Positions 36,409 to 44,259 of a stretch of 51,401 nt of DNA are shown in pieces; position 1 is the stretch's first letter; each line of letters begins with the position of its first letter. The notes beneath the pieces are model-generated. The model ran no database searches. It was not told the DNA's origin and saw nothing but the letters and a program-made list of their open reading frames with translations. Where the stretch lies: the NCBI GenBank assembly GCA_045046875.1, contig JASFYY010000058.1, forward strand, positions 1 through 51,401, given 5' to 3'. The DNA comes from Verrucomicrobiota bacterium. Lineage in GTDB: Bacteria; Verrucomicrobiota; Verrucomicrobiia; Verrucomicrobiales; DEV007. The translations under genes and the position numbers were made by a program.

Positions 36409-36984
36409 CTATTTTTTGCTCAAAGCACTGCGTACCAAATCCTTGAAGGGTTTTTTGACCGCTTCCACCGACGCATCCGGCCCAAAAAGTTTCACAAAAA
36501 CATTACCCTGGCTGCTCTCGACCACCGCTCCAAGCAGAGTGTAATTGGGACGCGCGGTCTTTTTACCGGCAAAAGGCCCACCCGACGACTCCATGTAAGT
36601 TCCCGATGCTGTGAGGAAAGTCACTTTGGTTCCATTGATCTCAAGCGCTTCGGATTCAGACTTCGGCTGCCCTTGGAACTGTCCCACCCAGCGTTTTAAG
36701 TTATCACCGGTATCCCCCCCCTGTCCCTGACCGAAATAATAGAACACCACATGCACGTTATCCAGTTTTTGCTCCTCGGTGAATTTGTAAGTCAGCTCAC
36801 CCGCGCGCATCGAACTGCTGCTCGGTTTTTCCACCCATGGTTTACTGTATTTAAAAATGAAGGATCCCGCCATCACCTTGCCGGGTTTGGCGTCCTCGCC
36901 CTGAGCGGTAAAGTTAACGCTGGCAAACACCGCCATCAGTAAAGCTGCTTTTTTAAGAGTCAAAGTCATGGTTCGAATAGTCAT
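36409..36984 (-). CDS. Hypothetical secreted/periplasmic protein
   Basis: Signal peptide; W......S.MR, YFG.GQGG...NL.RW..QF, GTY...GGP, LLGAVV, FVKL.GP pattern seen in PVC proteins. Confidence 0.8.
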   Translation of the reverse strand: MTIRTMTLTLKKAALLMAVFASVNFTAQGEDAKPGKVMAGSFIFKYSKPWVEKPSSSSMRAGELTYKFTEEQKLDNVHVVFYYFGQGQGGDTGDNLKRWVGQFQGQPKSESEALEINGTKVTFLTASGTYMESSGGPFAGKKTARPNYTLLGAVVESSQGNVFVKLFGPDASVEAVKKPFKDLVRSALSKK

Positions 36985-37099
36985 GCCGTGAATCTAAACC
37001 CGTTTCCCCCGTCTCTGCCAAACAATATTTGCACTTCCCTCGCATTTATTTTTCCCGTCTCTGCTCGATAACTCTGTTTTTACTAGCAAATCCCCCATC

Positions 37100-39505
37100 A
37101 TGATGCCTTATTTTGCCACCATGATCGCCAAAACCTTATCCCCCCTCCTTGCTCTCGTTTTTGCTACAGTCGGCCCCCTGCAGCCCTCACTTGTAGCCCA
37201 ACAAAAAGAGCCAAGCACACCACCCTGGGCGGTATTAAAAAAAGCCCCCGATCAAAATCCACTGCCCCACACCAAAGCACTGACCGATACCAGCGACCTC
37301 AGTTCGAAAATGATAGCGGGCATTGACCGTTTTCTGCTCAAGCAAATTGAGCTGGCAAAAACAAATCGAGCAAAAAACTGGCAACGGGATCTTTCTTCTC
37401 ACGAAGCTTACGCAAAATCCATCGAAGGAAAAAGAAAGCAGCTGGCTGCCATTTTGGGCATGACGGATACCATCGTTGAAGGGCGTTTTTCTATCGTTAC
37501 GGATTCATCCATTCGTCTCCTCTCCCCCGCATTCAGCGTCGATGAAATCAGCTGGCCTGTTTTAGATGATATAACGGGCAGTGGCATCTTACTTCACCCA
37601 ATAATCACACGTTTAGATTCAACTCCTCGGGGAAACATCATCGTCATCCCCGATGCCGACCAAACACCCGAAGACCTGATTTCTTCCGACACCCCCGCTG
37701 GCAACTATGCGCAAATGTTAGTTCGATCTGGTTATAAAGTTCTCATCCCCACCCTCATCAACCGTGCATCCAACCAATGGACCCTGAGCAACCGGGACTG
37801 GGCCCACCGCCCCTCCTTTGAGCTCGGCCGCACTCTGGCCGGATACGAAGTGCAAAAAATCATCTCCGCCATCAACATTCTACAGCAAAATTCGGAAGAC
37901 AAAAAACTCCCTCTTGGTATCATCGGTTGGGGCGAAGGTGGACGCCTGGCTCTCTATGCCGGAGCCCTCGATCCTCGCATCGACAGCACCGCCGTCTGTG
38001 GTTATTTTGCCTCGCGTCAAAATCTCTGGCAGGAACCCGCCGACCGCAATACCTTCGGCCTGCTCAAGTCCTTCGGTGACGCCGAGATCGCCAGCCTCAT
38101 TGCCCCTCGCTCCCTGATCATCGAAAACGGCAAATACCCCAGCTACTATTATCGTGCCAATGCCAAGGACGGACTGGAATCCAAAGAGGATGGTTACACC
38201 CAATTCAAAGGCAAACCGGGCATGCTGGTCACTCCCGCTAAAAAAGAAGTCCAGGCTGAATTCAAGCGCGCCCAGAGTTTTGTCGCAGGGCTCAAACCAA
38301 CAAAACCCACGCTCAAACTAATCGAATCCGATAGCGCGGTGTCAGACAAAACACTCAGTGCTTTTATCAACTCCCTCAATCCTGAATCCACTCTGAACAA
38401 GCAAAAACAAACCCTGAAACTGCCTTCACGCCAACACGCCGCCGGGCGTCACGACCAGCAACTAAACGAGATCCTGCGCCACAACCAGCGCCTGCTGCAA
38501 CTCGCCTACGAATCCAGAATCTCCTACATGAAAGACGTCAAAACCGACTCCATGGAGAATTTCGAAAAATCCACGCAAGCCTATCGCAAAAAATTCGCCG
38601 AGGACGTCATCGGCGAATATGTCATCGGCCTGCTGCCGCCCAACGCTCGCTCACGCAAATATGAAGTCGGGCCAAAAACCGTCAGCTATCAGGTCGAAAT
38701 GGACGTCTTCCCCGATGTCACCGCCTACGGCATCCTCACCCTACCCAAAGACCTGAAACTCGACGGTTCGGAAAAACGCCCGGTAGTGGTCACCCAACAC
38801 GGGCTCGAAGGACGTCCGCGCCACACCACTGGCGAGGAAAAATACAAAGCCTACAAATCCTTTTCCACCCATCTGGCCGAGCGCGGATTCATCACCTTTG
38901 CGCCGCAAAACCCCTACGTGCTGTTTGACCGCTTCCGCACCCTGCAATTCAAATCCCAGTCGATCGGCAAAACCCTGTTCTCCATTGCCGTGCCCCAACA
39001 CCAGCAGATCACCAACTGGCTGGCAAAACAACCCTACGTCGATGGCAAGAACATCGGCTTTTACGGCATCTCCTACGGCGGTAAATCCGCCATGCGCATC
39101 CCTGCCCTGGTCACCAACTACGCGCTCTCCATTTGCTCCGCTGACTTCGGCGAATGGGTATGGAAAACCGCCGCCACCGACCAGCGCTCGCTGCGTTACA
39201 GCTACGCCAACAAGGGCGAATACGAGATCTGGGAGTGGAACCTCGGCAGCACCTTCAACTACGCCGAAATGGCCCACCTCATCTGCCCGCGCCCCTTCAT
39301 GGTCGAGCGTGGACACTTTGACGGTGTCGAACCCGATGACCGCGTCGCCCAGGAATACGCCAAAATCCGCTACCTCTACGCCGCCCAACTGAAAATCCCC
39401 GAACGCACCCGCATCGAATACATTCTCGGTCCTCACGCCATCCACGAACAAGGCACTTACGACTTCCTTCACCAGCACCTCAACTGGCCTGCTCCAAAAA
39501 AATAA
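37100..39505 (+). CDS. Tandem alpha/beta-hydrolase (dienelactone hydrolase/acetylxylan esterase-like), secreted
   Basis: Two hydrolase-like halves: GIIGWGEGG (no Ser) and GFYGISYGG (GxSxG nucleophile elbow); QHGLEG; ICPRPFMVERG. Confidence 0.8.
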   Translation: MMPYFATMIAKTLSPLLALVFATVGPLQPSLVAQQKEPSTPPWAVLKKAPDQNPLPHTKALTDTSDLSSKMIAGIDRFLLKQIELAKTNRAKNWQRDLSSHEAYAKSIEGKRKQLAAILGMTDTIVEGRFSIVTDSSIRLLSPAFSVDEISWPVLDDITGSGILLHPIITRLDSTPRGNIIVIPDADQTPEDLISSDTPAGNYAQMLVRSGYKVLIPTLINRASNQWTLSNRDWAHRPSFELGRTLAGYEVQKIISAINILQQNSEDKKLPLGIIGWGEGGRLALYAGALDPRIDSTAVCGYFASRQNLWQEPADRNTFGLLKSFGDAEIASLIAPRSLIIENGKYPSYYYRANAKDGLESKEDGYTQFKGKPGMLVTPAKKEVQAEFKRAQSFVAGLKPTKPTLKLIESDSAVSDKTLSAFINSLNPESTLNKQKQTLKLPSRQHAAGRHDQQLNEILRHNQRLLQLAYESRISYMKDVKTDSMENFEKSTQAYRKKFAEDVIGEYVIGLLPPNARSRKYEVGPKTVSYQVEMDVFPDVTAYGILTLPKDLKLDGSEKRPVVVTQHGLEGRPRHTTGEEKYKAYKSFSTHLAERGFITFAPQNPYVLFDRFRTLQFKSQSIGKTLFSIAVPQHQQITNWLAKQPYVDGKNIGFYGISYGGKSAMRIPALVTNYALSICSADFGEWVWKTAATDQRSLRYSYANKGEYEIWEWNLGSTFNYAEMAHLICPRPFMVERGHFDGVEPDDRVAQEYAKIRYLYAAQLKIPERTRIEYILGPHAIHEQGTYDFLHQHLNWPAPKK

Positions 39506-39510
39506 CTCCC

Positions 39511-40497
39511 ATGACAAGCTCAAATACCACTCCTTCCAAAATTGTTTTTCTCGATGCCGGCACCACCGATATCGGAGATCTGGATTTTTCTAAAATCGAA
39601 AAACTAGGCAAGTTCAACTGCCACGATCTAACTCTGCCCAGCCAAATCATCGAGCGCCTCAGTGACACCCAAATCGTTCTCAGCAACAAAACCGTCATCG
39701 ACAAAAACATCATCAAATCCTGCCCCCAACTCAAACTCATCCAAGTGGTTGCCACCGGCTACAACAACATCGACATCGAAGCAGCCCAACAACACAACAT
39801 CGCCGTCTGCAACGTCAGTGGTTATTCCACCCCGGCGGTGGCCCAGCACACCCTCACCCTGTTGCTCAACCTCGCAACCCAAATCCATCGTTATGCGACA
39901 GAAGCCACCGAATGGCCCCAGTCGCCCTACTTCACCCGCCTCGACCACCCAATCAGCGAGCTCGCCGGCAAGACCCTCGGCATCGCAGGAATGGGAACCA
40001 TCGGCTCTCTGGTTGCCGACCTGGCCGAAGCCTTCGGCATGAACGTGATCGCCTTGCAACGAGAAGGCCAATCCCCAGCACCCGCCAGCTCGGCCAAACG
40101 CCCACGAGTGAGCCGCGATGAATTTTTCTCCACCTGCGACGCCATCTCGCTGCACTGCCCGCTCACCCCGGACACCCATCATCTGATCAACCCGGACAGC
40201 CTCGACCGGATGAAGTCAAGCGCCTTCCTCATCAACACCGGACGCGGGGACTTGATCGACGAAAGCGCCCTGGCCGACGCCTTACGAAACCACAAGATCG
40301 CCGGAGCAGCACTCGACGTCCTCTCCAGCGAACCCCCACCAACCGACCACCCCTTGCTGGCGGCAGACCTCCCCAATCTCATCATCACCCCACACACCGC
40401 CTGGGCCTCCCGCGAAGCCCGCCAACGCCTACTCGACGGAGTAGCCAGCAACATCCAAGCCTTCCTCTCCGGCAAATCCCAAAACCGACTAGATTAA
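39511..40497 (+). CDS. D-2-hydroxyacid dehydrogenase (glycerate dehydrogenase/HprA-like)
   Basis: KIVFLD, ATGYNNID, VAQH, G.GTIG, SLHCPLT, INTGRG.L.DE, LDVL..EPP, TPH.AW.S.EAR. Confidence 0.92.
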   Translation: MTSSNTTPSKIVFLDAGTTDIGDLDFSKIEKLGKFNCHDLTLPSQIIERLSDTQIVLSNKTVIDKNIIKSCPQLKLIQVVATGYNNIDIEAAQQHNIAVCNVSGYSTPAVAQHTLTLLLNLATQIHRYATEATEWPQSPYFTRLDHPISELAGKTLGIAGMGTIGSLVADLAEAFGMNVIALQREGQSPAPASSAKRPRVSRDEFFSTCDAISLHCPLTPDTHHLINPDSLDRMKSSAFLINTGRGDLIDESALADALRNHKIAGAALDVLSSEPPPTDHPLLAADLPNLIITPHTAWASREARQRLLDGVASNIQAFLSGKSQNRLD

Positions 40498-40501
40498 AAA
40501 G

Positions 40502-40521
40502 AACCGCGAATAAACGCGAAT
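40502..40521. repeat. Left arm of a triad-type inverted repeat
   Basis: AACCGCGAATAAACGCGAAT; its reverse complement ATTCGCGTTTATTCGCGGTT matches the arms at 41034-41134. Confidence 0.75.
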
Positions 40522-40547
40522 AAGATTTGTTATAACAAGAGCCCCCT

Positions 40548-41027
40548 TCAAGCCAATCGGGCAGAAGCGGCCCTCAAAGCATTCATCTGCTCTTCCGTTA
40601 AACGAAACTCTTCGTTACTCCCGGGGTTCACAACAACTCCTTCAACGGATTCAAATAAAGCCGACAAAGCCTCTCCAGAAAGATCAATAGTTTGGAATGC
40701 AAAAACTCGATCACGCTGTTTGGAATAGGATCCCGTAAACAATTCCCGGTTTTCCATAGTCGTGAAAATTGCCAATGCATGAGAGTCATGACTGGCGAAC
40801 ATCGGAGAAAAATCATCAGGATCGAAATTCATATAGCTCTCTATGTAAGCTAACAGTTCAACTTCATCGAAATCTGTTTGCAAACCCTCTTGTTCTTCTA
40901 ATCCTGCTAAATAGAATGTAGTTCCTAAAAAATGATCTACAAAAATGTCCACCTCGGACTCATGCGCATAATCAATCAACCTCTTACCAGTGAATAAGCG
41001 TTTAAGTAATTTTCTCATTTTTTTCAC
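40548..41027 (-). CDS. SseB-like hypothetical protein (AT-rich)
   Basis: 159-aa acidic ORF; ALAIFT and GVVVNPGS resemble SseB N-terminal domain motifs. Start is GTG 41027 or ATG 41018. Confidence 0.65.
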   Translation of the reverse strand: MKKMRKLLKRLFTGKRLIDYAHESEVDIFVDHFLGTTFYLAGLEEQEGLQTDFDEVELLAYIESYMNFDPDDFSPMFASHDSHALAIFTTMENRELFTGSYSKQRDRVFAFQTIDLSGEALSALFESVEGVVVNPGSNEEFRLTEEQMNALRAASARLA

Positions 41028-41033
41028 TCTCCC

Positions 41034-41134
41034 ATTCGCGTCTATTCGAGCCCCTCATTTCCCTCCTCCCCTCCTATTCGTGTTTCTTAGTGTCCATTCG
41101 TGGTTCTCCCCTTTCCTCTCTTTCATTCGCGGTT
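41034..41134. repeat. Right arms of the triad-type inverted repeat (three degenerate copies)
   Basis: ATTCGCGTCTATTCGAG (41034-41050), ATTCGTGTTTCTTAGTGTCCATTCGTGGTT (41076-41105), ATTCGCGGTT (41125-41134). Confidence 0.75.
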
Positions 41135-41137
41135 CCC

Positions 41138-41479
41138 TCAATCAAACCACTCATCCTGTGGATCAAACTTCGGCACCGGCACATTGATAATTTTCAGTTT
41201 CCCCACCGCCCGATGCCGGCAACCGGGTTTGATCATCACCGCCATGCCCGGTTTCAAAGGAAAACTCTCACCATCCAGCTCCATCATGCCTTTCCCCTCC
41301 AGCACATAATAAATCTCAGTCATCTTCTTATGATAATGAAGCTCACTGTCCTCCTTGATCGTCGTCACATGCATTGACGCCACCCCATCCGCATCCTCCA
41401 TAAAGGCCCGCTTCGAAGAACCACAAGGACAAGGCGTGCCCTCAATCTCCGCAAAATCAACCATCTCAAACTTCTTCAT
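41138..41479 (-). CDS. Cupin domain protein
   Basis: HYHKKMTEIYYVLEG.G and IKPG.RHRA cupin motifs; N-terminal CPCG. Confidence 0.88.
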   Translation of the reverse strand: MKKFEMVDFAEIEGTPCPCGSSKRAFMEDADGVASMHVTTIKEDSELHYHKKMTEIYYVLEGKGMMELDGESFPLKPGMAVMIKPGCRHRAVGKLKIINVPVPKFDPQDEWFD

Positions 41480-41501
41480 ACGATCTCCTTTATTCTAACT
41501 C

Positions 41502-42710
41502 CTAACTCCTGTCCCCCAACTTCTCCAAAATATAACGATCACAAATTTCAAAATAGACCAACATCGAATCCACATCAATCCATTCATCCTCCCCATGCAA
41601 ATTGCCCACTTCAGGGCGGGACAAAATCACCGGTATTCCCTGTTGGGCAAAAAAACGTCCGTCACTCCCTCCAGAAGCATGGATCAACTCCACCTCTTCT
41701 CCCGTCACTTCAGTCGTCAGCTCAACAAAACGTTTGTCCGGCGCCAGATGACTCGGCTCCGCGGCGATGATAACCTCAAGCTCAATCCCTTCGCCCAACA
41801 AACTGCCCAGCTTTTCCATCACCAGCTCCACCGTCCAAGGCGGAGGGAAACGAACATCCAAAGCTGCCGTTGCCACTTCTGGAATGCAATTCACACTGTC
41901 GTTGGGAGTCTCCATCATCGTCAGCGAACAAGTCGGATACCAATGAGGATCACTTTCCAGAACCTCCTTTGACTTTGCCGCCCCGGACTCTTGCCCTTCC
42001 TTCCGCTTATTTGAATCCTGCTTGAGATTCATGGGCAGGGTGCCCATGCTACGCTGATCCTCAAACCAGCTCAACACGTCCGGCAGACGTCTCACTAATC
42101 GTTCCAGAGGATTATCCGCCAACCACGGCCGCGCCGCATGAGACGAATGTCCCCGAGAGCTCAGCCGTAAATGCAACACTCCCTTTTCCTCCACCGTGAT
42201 CCGGTTCAGTGAGCCTCCATCAGGAATAATCGCCACCCCGCAACTCAAACCCAATTTCTCCACCAAACACTTAACCCCAGCCTCACCCCCGCGCTCTTCA
42301 TCAGAAGTGACCGCCAAACCCAAGGACAAACCCGGTTGAGCACAATGCCACTTTCTGAACAATTCCAACAAAATCGCCAACTGCCCTTTCATATCACCCG
42401 CCCCCGCACCGACAATGCGCCCATCCTTCACCTCGGATCGATAACTCTCGCTCTGCGGGTGCTCCACCACGTCCAGATGAGCATTCAACAAAATCTCAGG
42501 ATGTTCAATCCCCTGTGGTAAAACCAGCAACGATTCATAACCATTAAACTGATGGCTCTTCAAAACCACCCCCGGCACCTCGTCCAAATAATTGCGTAAC
42601 AACTGGAAACACCGCGCCCGCTCCGCCGGATGCGAATCGGTGCTCTCTATCACCATCAAATCCCGCGTCAAACGAATCAACTCCGCCCGTAAAGCCGTCT
42701 CGTTACTCAT
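41502..42710 (-). CDS. M20-family metallopeptidase/amidohydrolase (ArgE/DapE-like)
   Basis: NAHLDVV, G.GAGDMKG, SDEERGG, EEKG, G.SSHAA.PW, GGSDGRFF, LHGEDEW. Confidence 0.9.
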   Translation of the reverse strand: MSNETALRAELIRLTRDLMVIESTDSHPAERARCFQLLRNYLDEVPGVVLKSHQFNGYESLLVLPQGIEHPEILLNAHLDVVEHPQSESYRSEVKDGRIVGAGAGDMKGQLAILLELFRKWHCAQPGLSLGLAVTSDEERGGEAGVKCLVEKLGLSCGVAIIPDGGSLNRITVEEKGVLHLRLSSRGHSSHAARPWLADNPLERLVRRLPDVLSWFEDQRSMGTLPMNLKQDSNKRKEGQESGAAKSKEVLESDPHWYPTCSLTMMETPNDSVNCIPEVATAALDVRFPPPWTVELVMEKLGSLLGEGIELEVIIAAEPSHLAPDKRFVELTTEVTGEEVELIHASGGSDGRFFAQQGIPVILSRPEVGNLHGEDEWIDVDSMLVYFEICDRYILEKLGDRS

Positions 42711-42738
42711 AATTTCTAATTCACAATTCCCAATTCCC
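42711..42738. repeat. Heptamer array filling the intergenic gap
   Basis: AATTTCT AATTCAC AATTCCC AATTCCC. Confidence 0.65.
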
Positions 42739-42740
42739 CG

Positions 42741-44126
42741 TCAATCCCTAACCAACTCCATAGCTATCGGCAGATCCGCTTCCGCCAGATCCAACAATTG
42801 GTGACAAGCGGCCGGAGTATCGGCCATGCACAAAAACTGACCCTTATGCACCAGACCATCCTCGCCAAAATTAAAATTAATCGGCACCACGCCGCCTTTC
42901 ATCCCCGGCATATAAAGATGCCCCGGACGATCCAACATATCCAGTAACACATCACCAGACTGGGGCTCGGACAAACGCAAATTACGCAACAACCAAGCCC
43001 CCCCTTTCTTCAAATGCCGAGCCAATACCGAGGGATACGTTGCCCCGGTCACCCGCGCGTTGATCTCACAAACATAGACCTCCGTCTCCTGCGCGCCCTC
43101 CCGATCCACCAGAATAAAATCCACGCTGGCCGTGCCACGGTACCCCGTCCGATGCAACCACTGACCCGCAATGCCCGACTGTCGCAGCAACTCCTGCTCC
43201 AGACTCGGTTCCTCGTGCAAATAAGCAGGCGGTGATTCATTGCCTTCGTGAATACTGGCCGCGCTCAGAATCTGCTCCGTGATATCATAAAGACACACCT
43301 CGTCTTCGTTCAAAAACAACTGCACACTGGGACTGCGCATATTACCCACCCCCTTTTCGCCTATTTTCAACCACGCCTGCACCAGCACATCGCCCTCGAA
43401 AAAATAATGCTGCGGCACCTCGATCGTTGCCATCCCTTCATCCAACTCCACCTTCATCATGCCGATGCCCGACGCCCCGATCTGCGATTTGATCACCGCT
43501 TCACTGTATCCCGCATCCCGCAAACGCAACAAAGCAGCTTTCACCTGCTCATTATCTCCAGCCGTTTCCGTCAGTGCCACCGGCAGACCGCTCTGCTGCA
43601 AATACTGATGCAGCAGATATTTGTTATTTCCACTCTGACTGCCCTTCGCCGTCGCCACGGTTTTTTTATCCACCGCCCCGGCGATCAATGCCAGCGTCTG
43701 GTCGGTCACATAACCGTCTACCCAACGAGCATCGTGTTCTTTTACCCGCTGGATACAAGCAGGCATTTGCCGCCCCTCGGCCAGTTCTTTTCCGGTCGCC
43801 TCATAATCCGCATGTTCGAGAATCATCAAGTCGGGCAAACTCAGCCCCAAACCCTGGGTAAAATAACGGCACAAATGTTCATCCGGTTCCCGTTCGAGAA
43901 TAAGCAAACTGTTCTCACGCCGATAGATCAAATTGAGAATCGGAATCAAACGCCCCCCATAGGAATCAATCTCCCCCACTTCATTTGCCAGATTCTGGAT
44001 TTCCTCTTCATTGCCAAAAAACAAGCCCAGCAAGTTGGCAAAAAAAACCGCCTGCCGATCCCAAAACCCGGGCAGCTGACCGGGCTGGGCAATAACTTTG
44101 ATATCCGATAGAGCGTCTTTAACCAT
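42741..44126 (-). CDS. ATP-grasp fold protein (putative amide/peptide ligase)
   Basis: ATG 44126 (MVKDALSD) preferred because the ORF-track extension crosses repeats and the divergent gene. GNNKY, VIKSQIGASGIG loop, VQAWL, SPSVQ, HEGN, G.ASVDF, CEINAR.TGATY (ExNxR). Confidence 0.78.
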   Translation of the reverse strand: MVKDALSDIKVIAQPGQLPGFWDRQAVFFANLLGLFFGNEEEIQNLANEVGEIDSYGGRLIPILNLIYRRENSLLILEREPDEHLCRYFTQGLGLSLPDLMILEHADYEATGKELAEGRQMPACIQRVKEHDARWVDGYVTDQTLALIAGAVDKKTVATAKGSQSGNNKYLLHQYLQQSGLPVALTETAGDNEQVKAALLRLRDAGYSEAVIKSQIGASGIGMMKVELDEGMATIEVPQHYFFEGDVLVQAWLKIGEKGVGNMRSPSVQLFLNEDEVCLYDITEQILSAASIHEGNESPPAYLHEEPSLEQELLRQSGIAGQWLHRTGYRGTASVDFILVDREGAQETEVYVCEINARVTGATYPSVLARHLKKGGAWLLRNLRLSEPQSGDVLLDMLDRPGHLYMPGMKGGVVPINFNFGEDGLVHKGQFLCMADTPAACHQLLDLAEADLPIAMELVRD

Positions 44127-44166
44127 TCCTACCCCCACTCTACAAAAGCCACCCCGTTTGCCAACT

Positions 44167-44202
44167 GCTGATTCAATTGAAATAGCTGATTCAATTGAAA
44201 TA
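44167..44202. promoter_or_regulatory. Perfect 18-bp tandem duplication containing the palindrome TTCAATTGAA (possible operator)
   Basis: GCTGATTCAATTGAAATA x2 (44167-44184, 44185-44202) in the divergent intergenic region. The repeat is observed; the regulatory role is inferred. Confidence 0.5.
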
Positions 44203-44219
44203 TTGCGAAACCAAAAAAC

Positions 44220-44247
44220 ATCTGTGAAATCCGTGTGATCTGCGGTT
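44220..44247. repeat. Triad repeat arm
   Basis: ATCTGTG-AA-ATCCGTG-TG-ATCTGCGGTT. Confidence 0.7.
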
Positions 44248-44259
44248 AAAATCCTTATC

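Noticed and set aside
40522..40547. Integron attC site after the SseB-like gene
   Set aside because: GTTATAAC resembles core sites, but there is no extended attC stem with L boxes and no integrase.
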